From Chloroflexota bacterium (GTDB lineage: Bacteria; Chloroflexota; Anaerolineae; Aggregatilineales; Phototrophicaceae): a stretch of 64,000 nt of DNA. Under the pieces are notes generated by a model. The model did no database searches and was not told where the DNA came from. It was given only the letters and a program-made list of their open reading frames with translations. The DNA lies in contig JAEZAF010000199.1 of the NCBI GenBank assembly GCA_023430545.1, forward strand, positions 4,778 through 68,777, read 5' to 3'. The position numbers and the translations under genes were made by a program. Positions within the stretch are counted from its first letter, which is position 1. Every line of letters begins with the position of its first letter. This document shows, piece after piece, positions 57,113 through 64,000 of this stretch.

Positions 57113-57706
57113 TCAGGCATAGTCACTCAAAGACAGCGGCTCAATCACCGGCGCTGTGAGATCATACAGATCGAATGTCAGATCTGTGAGGTGTAAAATC
57201 CCATAGGTATGAGAGCTGGAGCGCACGCTCTTGAATGTATAAAGCGATCCCGGGTTCACCACACAGCCCTGCTTGACCTTCACAAACAGCGGGACATGCG
57301 TGTGTCCGGTGATGAGGACATCGCATCGCAGCGAAGTCAGCATCATATTCAGCAGCGTATCGGAGATATGATCCCGATACAACCCCCATAGATTATTGCC
57401 AGGCTTCCCGTGACACATAAACAGGCTTCGGTTAAAAAGTTCACCGTGCCAGTCAACAGCCAGATTACGCAGAAAAGCAACGTTTTCTGGCGCAAGATCA
57501 TAATACCACTCGTCATGATTACCGCGCACAGTCGTGATATTGCGCCGCCGAATCAGCTCAACGACACGATCCTGCTCAGGACCGCGTCCGACGAGATCAC
57601 CCGCGCACAGGATATGTGCAACACGGTGGTGGTTATCAAGTCTGTTCAGTGTCAGTTCAAGTGCACGGTAGTCTCCATGTATATCCGATATAATCCCAAT
57701 ATCCAT
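57113..57706 (-). CDS. Metallophosphoesterase
   Basis: ISDIHGD, GDLVGRG, GNHD and GHTH motifs, with AGGA 7 nt upstream of the ATG. Confidence 0.8.
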   Translation of the reverse strand: MDIGIISDIHGDYRALELTLNRLDNHHRVAHILCAGDLVGRGPEQDRVVELIRRRNITTVRGNHDEWYYDLAPENVAFLRNLAVDWHGELFNRSLFMCHGKPGNNLWGLYRDHISDTLLNMMLTSLRCDVLITGHTHVPLFVKVKQGCVVNPGSLYTFKSVRSSSHTYGILHLTDLTFDLYDLTAPVIEPLSLSDYA

Positions 57707-57809
57707 CTACAAGTCCTACAGTATTCGAAATATGCTGTTATTATAACGCCTTGGTTTCAAATGAGGGTGGGTAGAGTTTAAACCTCGACTTAGAATCAAC
57801 TGAAGTGCT

Positions 57810-59030
57810 TTGATTTTCCCGATAAATACACCCGGCAAAACTGATTTGCGTCCTTTAATTTCAACTTTCTCATCTTTCATATGTTTTACAGCATGCATGC
57901 TGCTTTTGATGGCAGCCCCGCTGACCGTTCGTAGCCAGTCCGGCAGTACGCTGCCCTGTACGGAGCGAGAGACACATGTCTCACGCATCCCAACCGCCAG
58001 TACAGAGATTTTCTGTCTGGAGCGCGTGGTTGAGTTGAACAATGCGCCAGAAATGAGCTTCACCGCCCTTGCCACCTTTCCTGACGGACGCCTTTTCACC
58101 ATATCACCGACCGCAGGCACCCTGATCGAAATCACCGACACCAACGATGATGCCGTACCCGACACACCCATTATCCTCGCTGAAGCTCTGGAACGTCCCG
58201 CCAGCCTGACCACTTATCAGGATGCCCTGTATATCACCGGCGGATCTATGGTTTATCGCTGGACTGAAGATGGGGGCCTCGAAACCCTTGTTTCTGATCT
58301 GCCAAGCGGAACTGGTTACTGGAACGGGGGCATAGCTGTCGGTGGCATTGAGGAAAGTGAGAGGCTTTATGTTGGGGTTGGTGCAAGGTGTGATCTGTGT
58401 GACGAAGCACTCAACGACACAGAGCACGGCGTGATCCTGAGTTTCGCGCTGGACGGGTCAGACCGTCAGCTTATCGCTACCGGCTTCCGTCATCCCAGCG
58501 GACTGATGTGGTATCAGGAAAGTCTGTGGGTGACCGATGTCTCTCCGCAGCAGCTCAGCACTGGACGCTATGACGAGCTGAATCGGATCAACCTGAGTTC
58601 ATCGGGTGACATTCCTGATTATGGCGCACCGTTCTGTCTGGCTGGCAGCACCGCTATCGGCAGCCACAACTGTGATGGCACTATTCCCCCTGTCCTGACC
58701 TTTTCTTCAGGCAGCAATCCCATCGCCCTGACGCCGTATCAGGGGACGGCCTTCACGCCTTACGATGGTTACCTTACCATCGCTTTCAGTGGGACAGCCC
58801 ATGCCAGCCGGATGCGCGGCTATACACTGGAGTTCGTTTGGCCTGAAGGTGATACCGCGCTGACGGCCGTCCCTGCCTTTCCTGACCGTGATCAACAGTA
58901 TGGCGGTGTGGGCTTTTATCCACATCACGTCTATGGTACTGCACTCAGTCCGGAAGGATGGATCTATATCAGCACCGGCGGGGGCAGCATTTATGTGGTC
59001 CGTCCCGTACAGCCTGATCCAAAACGCTAA
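57810..59030 (+). CDS. Secreted beta-propeller protein, distantly PQQ-dependent sugar dehydrogenase-like (hypothetical)
   Basis: N-terminal hydrophobic signal-like segment plus FRHPSGLMWYQESLWVTD and repeated blade-like segments. The start is uncertain (TTG 57810 or ATG 57897) and there is no clear RBS. Confidence 0.4.
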   Translation: MIFPINTPGKTDLRPLISTFSSFICFTACMLLLMAAPLTVRSQSGSTLPCTERETHVSRIPTASTEIFCLERVVELNNAPEMSFTALATFPDGRLFTISPTAGTLIEITDTNDDAVPDTPIILAEALERPASLTTYQDALYITGGSMVYRWTEDGGLETLVSDLPSGTGYWNGGIAVGGIEESERLYVGVGARCDLCDEALNDTEHGVILSFALDGSDRQLIATGFRHPSGLMWYQESLWVTDVSPQQLSTGRYDELNRINLSSSGDIPDYGAPFCLAGSTAIGSHNCDGTIPPVLTFSSGSNPIALTPYQGTAFTPYDGYLTIAFSGTAHASRMRGYTLEFVWPEGDTALTAVPAFPDRDQQYGGVGFYPHHVYGTALSPEGWIYISTGGGSIYVVRPVQPDPKR

Positions 59031-59974
59031 CTTTCGCCAATACTCCAGATGCGCACCGAATTGTCCCCGCCTCCGGAAACGAGCATCGTACCCGTAGGGT
59101 TAAACGCCAGAGCCATCACCGGCTTGGTATGCGCTGACAAGGTGGCAACAGCGTCGCGCATATCCAGCCTCCCTTTGGACAGCACCGTTTCCATATCCCA
59201 GATGCGGATCTGATAATCACGACCACCCGTCACCAACAGTTTTTCGTCAGGGCTGAAGGCGATGGAGTCTGCCCCATCTTCGTGCGCATCGATCACCGCT
59301 TTCAGTTCCTGTCGTTCTGTGTCCCATAAGTGTACTGCACCATCCTTTGATGCAGATGCCAGCAGCGTCCGCGCGGGATTCAGTGTCAGCCGCCGTACCC
59401 AGTTCTCATGCTGACCGATCAGGGACGCCGCAGTCGCATCCGGGATATTCCACATCAGGATTTTGCGATCACGACTGGCGGACAGCAGCGTAGCGTCGTT
59501 CAAAAATACAACGCTGTTGATTTCTCCTGTATGTGCTGCAAAGGAGCTGTGCAATGCTCCACCTGCTGCCATATCCCACAGATATATCCGATGCTCGACC
59601 CCCGCCGCCGCCAGCCAGCGTCTATCCGGGCTGAAGGCCACCGTATTCAGCGCATCTTTATACCCCGTCAGGCGCAGCATGGGTGCGGTCGTCTGACTCA
59701 CATCCCATACATACGAGACAAGATCCGCCCCCACCGTCGCCAGATAGCGCCCGTGCGGATCAAAATCAAGTGACTTGACCGGCGCATCATGTCCTGTCAG
59801 CACCTGATCGGCCTTTGTGCCGATACCATCAATATAGAGCTGCACGGTATTACCGCTGCCCAACGCCAGCACACGGCCATCAGGTGTCCAGCGCAGTTCA
59901 TGCACCCACCCATAGCGCAGTTTGATAAGTTCTGTAAGATGGGCTGCATTTCCCGGCTCAATTACACTTCGCAT
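59027..59974 (-). CDS. WD40 repeat protein (seven-bladed propeller)
   Basis: Repeated H-x-V-x-S/A-x-F-S-P-D-G ... W-D/N units (for example VKSLDFDPHGRYLATVGADLVSYVWD and SIAFSPDEKLLVTGGRDYQIRIWD). Confidence 0.8.
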   Translation of the reverse strand: MRSVIEPGNAAHLTELIKLRYGWVHELRWTPDGRVLALGSGNTVQLYIDGIGTKADQVLTGHDAPVKSLDFDPHGRYLATVGADLVSYVWDVSQTTAPMLRLTGYKDALNTVAFSPDRRWLAAAGVEHRIYLWDMAAGGALHSSFAAHTGEINSVVFLNDATLLSASRDRKILMWNIPDATAASLIGQHENWVRRLTLNPARTLLASASKDGAVHLWDTERQELKAVIDAHEDGADSIAFSPDEKLLVTGGRDYQIRIWDMETVLSKGRLDMRDAVATLSAHTKPVMALAFNPTGTMLVSGGGDNSVRIWSIGES

Positions 59975-60093
59975 CAGACTGTATCACCTTTCATCGCCAC
60001 ATTTGACGGTCATTGTGCTACTATCTTAACGCGCTGGATGAAATACACCTGCGTGATTGTGACGTTTTACACAAATATTTACAGACGTAGAGC

Positions 60094-61245
60094 TTGGATC
60101 TGGTCATCAACGTGACTCATATCGGAATCAACGCCCATCTGTTATCTGGTCAGTCTGGTTATCGCAGTGCGGGAATCCACAGCTACATCCATAACATGCT
60201 GATGCACATTGGAGACGCTGTGCCCCCTGACTGGCACCTCACCGTCATGGCTGGTCAGCAGGCACAAACCGATTATCCGGGAGTCACCATGCGCCGCTCC
60301 CGCTGGCATACTGAACGCCCGCTCAACCGCATTCTATGGGAGCAGGCCGTTCAGCCCTTCAGCCTTCATGATTTCGATCTCTACCACGCAATGGCCTTTG
60401 TTTCACCACTGCTGCTGACAAAGCCCAGTGTCGTCACCGTCTATGACCTGAGCTTCATACATTATCCACAGGTACTGACAACAGCACGGCGTCTATACCT
60501 TCAGATGTTCACAAGGCTAAGCTGTCAGCGTGCAAACCGCGTGATCGCTATTTCGCACAGCACGGCACGCGATCTTGAGCAGTCATTCGGACTTCCAGGC
60601 GACAAAATCGATGTCGCAGCATGCGGTTATGACACCGAGCGCTTCAGACCGCTTGATCCTGCCGAGGTTGCTGCCTTCCGTCAGCAGCAGGGCCTGCCAG
60701 AGCGTTTCTGGCTGTTTATCGGCACGCTGGAACCCCGCAAAAACCTTCCGACTCTTTTACAGGCATACGCCGCGCTTCCACAAAGTGAGCGTCTGCCGCT
60801 GTTTCTGGCAGGTGGCCGGGGCTGGATGGCCGATGAGATCGATACTGCCATCGAAAAGTACAACTTGAAAGACGATGTGTTTTTTCCGGGGTTTGTGCCT
60901 GCTCAGGATCTGGCACTCTGGTACAATAGCGCGGAAGTATTTATCTATCCGTCGGTTTATGAAGGCTTTGGCCTGCCGGTTCTGGAGGCTATGGCCTGCG
61001 GCACGCCCGTTATCATTTCGGATGCCAGCTCGCTGCCAGAAGTTGCAGGCAGCAGCGGCCTTCAGATCGATCCCTATAACGTCACTGAATGGACAGAGGC
61101 GCTGCAACGCGCCTTTCATGATGAGCTATGGCAGGAACAGACTCGAAGACAAGGCTTAATGGAAGCGCAGCGGTATCGCTGGACAAAGACCGCTCAGGCA
61201 ACGGTCACCAGCTACCAAAAGGCACTGGACAGCCGCACACCGTGA
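60094..61245 (+). CDS. Glycosyltransferase family 4 (GT-B fold)
   Basis: The C-terminal EGFGLPVLEAMACGTPVI motif is typical of GT4/GT1. The start is uncertain (TTG 60094 or GTG 60112). Confidence 0.8.
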   Translation: MDLVINVTHIGINAHLLSGQSGYRSAGIHSYIHNMLMHIGDAVPPDWHLTVMAGQQAQTDYPGVTMRRSRWHTERPLNRILWEQAVQPFSLHDFDLYHAMAFVSPLLLTKPSVVTVYDLSFIHYPQVLTTARRLYLQMFTRLSCQRANRVIAISHSTARDLEQSFGLPGDKIDVAACGYDTERFRPLDPAEVAAFRQQQGLPERFWLFIGTLEPRKNLPTLLQAYAALPQSERLPLFLAGGRGWMADEIDTAIEKYNLKDDVFFPGFVPAQDLALWYNSAEVFIYPSVYEGFGLPVLEAMACGTPVIISDASSLPEVAGSSGLQIDPYNVTEWTEALQRAFHDELWQEQTRRQGLMEAQRYRWTKTAQATVTSYQKALDSRTP

Positions 61246-61274
61246 CCGCTGCACCTGATCAGCTTCGCAATCCG

Positions 61275-62669
61275 ATGCCCATCGTCGATTTTGCTCTTGC
61301 ATGCCTTGCCTTCGTTCTGGCCTATATCGCACGCTACGAACTGGAGATCTTCCGCCCAGTACTGGAAGTCAACAGTGCGCCGTTTGCCCCTTATATCCCC
61401 TACATGCTGATTTTTGCCGTCTGGCTCCAGTTCCAGTATCGCGGCGTGGGACTATATCGCATTGTGCGTGGACGTTCATGGGTTGAAGAGGTCTACACTA
61501 TCATTAACGGTGTCGCCAGCGCCACCCTGACCCTGTTCGCGGTCAGTTTCTTCACACAGCCTTATGTTTTCAGCCGCCTGATGCTGATCTATGCCGCTGG
61601 TATCACCATTGTGCTGCTGGCGCTGGCACGGGTTGTCCAGCGCAGCGTGCTGGCCTATCTGCGCAGTAAAGGCGTCGGTGTCCAGAACGTGCTGATCGTC
61701 GGCGCGGGTGATGTGGGTCAGGCGGTTCTGAGGACGATCATGGCCCGAAAGGAACTCGGATACCGGCCCATTGGCTACCTTGACGATGATCCCTCTCGCG
61801 GCATGGTTAATCTGGGTCGGGTACGTGGGCTTGGACGTCTGGATCAGTTCGAGGATGTGTTGAAACAGGAAGCGGTTGAACTGGTGATCATCACCCTGCG
61901 CTGGAAGCATCACGACCTGATTATGGATCTGCTGGAAACCTGCCAGCGTCTGAACATCGAAGTGCGCGTCGTGCCGGATGTTTTCCAGCTTAATCTGCGT
62001 CAGGTCAACATTGAAAACCTAGACGGTATCCCGCTGCTAGGTGTAAATGGCAGCGTCCCGCTGCGCGGCGGCGGTCGTCTGGTCAAACGGGTGCTCGACA
62101 TCCTGATTATCGTGCTCGGTTCGCCGCTCTGGGTGCCGCTCTTCCTGCTGATCGCCCTGCTGCTGCTGTTTGAAGGCAAAGGCCCGATCTTTTATACGCA
62201 GAAACGCATCGGCGAAAATGGCCGTCCGTTCAACATGATCAAATTCCGCAGCATGATCCCCAATGCGGACCAGTACCGCCAGCAGATCGTTGAACAGAAT
62301 CAGCTTGACCCGCGCCATCCGAAGCTGGTCGATGACCCTCGTGTGACCCGTATTGGCCGTGTCCTGCGGCAGACCAGCCTCGACGAACTGCCAAATATCC
62401 TCAACGTCCTTCAGGGGCAGATGAGTCTGGTCGGGCCGCGCCCACCTACCCCTGATGAAGTCGCACTGTACGAAAGCTGGCATATGCAGCGCCTGCAAAC
62501 CATGCCGGGTATTACCGGTCTCTGGCAGATCAGCGGACGCAGTGATGTACCCTTCGATGAGATGTGCCTGCTCGACATTTATTACATCGAAAACTGGTCC
62601 ATCCGGCTCGATGCACAGATCCTGATGATGACGCTTCCACGCGTCATCCTGCGGCAGGGCGCATATTAA
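61275..62669 (+). CDS. Polyprenyl glycosylphosphotransferase (WcaJ/WbaP-like priming sugar transferase)
   Basis: N-terminal TM helices, a CoA-binding-like Rossmann segment VLIVGAGDVG, and a C-terminal bacterial sugar transferase domain KFRSM ... DELPNILNVLQGQMSLVGPRP. An alternative GTG 61242 overlaps the GT4 stop (GTGA). Confidence 0.85.
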   Translation: MPIVDFALACLAFVLAYIARYELEIFRPVLEVNSAPFAPYIPYMLIFAVWLQFQYRGVGLYRIVRGRSWVEEVYTIINGVASATLTLFAVSFFTQPYVFSRLMLIYAAGITIVLLALARVVQRSVLAYLRSKGVGVQNVLIVGAGDVGQAVLRTIMARKELGYRPIGYLDDDPSRGMVNLGRVRGLGRLDQFEDVLKQEAVELVIITLRWKHHDLIMDLLETCQRLNIEVRVVPDVFQLNLRQVNIENLDGIPLLGVNGSVPLRGGGRLVKRVLDILIIVLGSPLWVPLFLLIALLLLFEGKGPIFYTQKRIGENGRPFNMIKFRSMIPNADQYRQQIVEQNQLDPRHPKLVDDPRVTRIGRVLRQTSLDELPNILNVLQGQMSLVGPRPPTPDEVALYESWHMQRLQTMPGITGLWQISGRSDVPFDEMCLLDIYYIENWSIRLDAQILMMTLPRVILRQGAY

Positions 62670-62692
62670 ACCAACGCACCACCTATCAGCAG

Positions 62693-64000
62693 TTACTTAC
62701 GGAACTGCGTACCCTGCCACTCCGCGAACAACGCCTGTAACTGCAAGCGCTGATATTTCCCCGTCGATGTCACCGGAATTTCGCTGCCGAACACCGCCAC
62801 TTTAGGTGCCTTTTCGAACGTCAGGCGTTCCCGACAGTAGTGAAGCACCTCATCAGCAGTCAGGGTCACACCCTCTTCGGGGACAATGTACGCCCCGACT
62901 TCTTCGCCGTAATAATCATTTTTGAAGGCAATCGCCAGCCCTACTTTGACGCCCGGGATATCGAGCAGCACTTCTTCAATATCGAATGGGCTGAACTTGA
63001 CGCCACCGCGGTTGATCAGCTCCTTGATGCGTCCAGTGATGAAGAAGAACCGACGTCCACGTGCATCTGTCAGATAAAATCCCTCGTCACCGCTGCGGAA
63101 CCAGCCGAATTTAAACGTCTCCTGATTGGCATCTGGCCGCTTGAAGTAACCCTGCATCACATTATGCCCACGCACACAGATTTCACCACGTTGGCCTTCA
63201 TCGAGCATCTGACCATTCCCCGAAGTGTCAAAGATCGCCATTTCATTGGTGATGACCGGCATCCCGATACTGGGATAGCCGTGTTCCAGTATCCACTGCT
63301 GGTGCTCTTCCCAGGAGACATCAATCGGCAGAAAACAACTGTAACAGGTAGTTTCACTCAGACCGTAACCGTGCAGGATCATGAAGCCGAACAGGTCTTC
63401 GAACTCACGCGCCAGTGTCATCGACAGCGTACCAGCCCCGCAGATAAAATGCCGAAAGTGCGTCAGGCCGCGCCGATGGATACCATCACCGAAGACCGGA
63501 TTCCCGGCCTCAAGCTGCTTCTGACCGTGTTCCAGTAGAAATTGCAGCAGCGTCGGCACCACACTGACGACATTAACCTTTTCCTCGATCAACAGACGCC
63601 AGAAGTGACTCACCGAAAAGGCGCGATTCAGCACCACTGATCCTCCCGCGTACAATGGAGTCATCAGCGTGACTACAATCCCGTTGACATGATGAATCGG
63701 CAGCACACACATCAGCCGCTGATTGCCAGTGATACCCTGCGCCTGCGAAATCGCAAAGGCATCCACCAGCAGATTGTACTGAGTCAGGATCACGCCCTTG
63801 GGTGCGCCGGTCGTGCCGCTGGTATAAACCAGCAGCGCCTCATCATCCAGCGTCGGCGTCGCCTCATTGACACGGATTGCGTCATCACTGGATTTAACGG
63901 GTGCGCCATCCCCCAGATAGGTGTATGGCAGATTTTTAACCATTGAGTGGAAGTGAATGTAATGGTCATTGGCGTTGCCGCCGACCTGTACAATCGCCTG
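62693..64000 (-). CDS. AMP-dependent acyl-CoA synthetase/ligase, N-terminal part beyond window edge
   Basis: AMP-binding motif YTSGTTGAPKG and a C-terminal GEICVRGHNVMQGY ... KYQR pattern. Hand translation shows the frame stays open from 63943 to 64000, so the real start lies outside the window. Confidence 0.85.
   Translation of the reverse strand, partial: QAIVQVGGNANDHYIHFHSMVKNLPYTYLGDGAPVKSSDDAIRVNEATPTLDDEALLVYTSGTTGAPKGVILTQYNLLVDAFAISQAQGITGNQRLMCVLPIHHVNGIVVTLMTPLYAGGSVVLNRAFSVSHFWRLLIEEKVNVVSVVPTLLQFLLEHGQKQLEAGNPVFGDGIHRRGLTHFRHFICGAGTLSMTLAREFEDLFGFMILHGYGLSETTCYSCFLPIDVSWEEHQQWILEHGYPSIGMPVITNEMAIFDTSGNGQMLDEGQRGEICVRGHNVMQGYFKRPDANQETFKFGWFRSGDEGFYLTDARGRRFFFITGRIKELINRGGVKFSPFDIEEVLLDIPGVKVGLAIAFKNDYYGEEVGAYIVPEEGVTLTADEVLHYCRERLTFEKAPKVAVFGSEIPVTSTGKYQRLQLQALFAEWQGTQFRK

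Overview
This is a gene-dense 64-kb chromosomal segment of roughly 55-58% GC (estimated by eye from sampled lines). It reads as core genome rather than an accessory island. I can support about 57 protein genes, one tRNA (His, GUG) and one T-box riboswitch. There is no rRNA, CRISPR array, transposase, integrase or phage gene. Gene order: secF (edge-cut), secD, yajC; T-box leader, SAM methyltransferase, valS; a Pro-rich membrane protein; purH; ndh (NDH-2); gpmI; rarA; a carbamoyltransferase with two small membrane proteins; yebC-ruvC-ruvA; a Cys-rich protein with a HAD-DinB fusion; an orphan histidine kinase; polyprenyl synthase; nnr; a small stress-like membrane operon; an SRPBCC protein with a long disordered tail; tRNA-His; PQQ-type sugar dehydrogenase; ugd; a FAD oxidoreductase; a beta-helix membrane protein; two trypsin-like proteases; PadR with a membrane partner; DUF2007 with a DmpA peptidase; an OmpR/PhoR-type two-component pair with a phosphoesterase; mfd; aspartate kinase; DUF58; nadC-nadA-nadB-nifS; sppA; a phosphoesterase; two beta-propeller genes; GT4 with a priming sugar transferase; and an acyl-CoA ligase (edge-cut). 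The gene content and style suggest a Chloroflexota-like lineage, but that is a guess that needs a database search. I found no convincing novel multi-gene defence or mobile system. The most unusual signals are: (1) a family of transcription-oriented 35-54 nt repeat elements just downstream of at least five genes; (2) a T-box (predicted Val) whose first downstream gene is a methyltransferase rather than valS; (3) a perfect 3 x 16 bp tandem repeat between yajC and secD; (4) a 555-bp AT-richer non-coding gap full of inverted repeats; (5) a permuted SxtI/J/K-like carbamoyltransferase module; (6) a low-GC PadR plus membrane-partner pair; (7) an in-frame 18-bp tandem duplication in nadC behind a long structured leader. 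The two edge-truncated genes are absent from the ORF track and were translated by hand. Many long ORFs in the track are antisense shadows of real genes.
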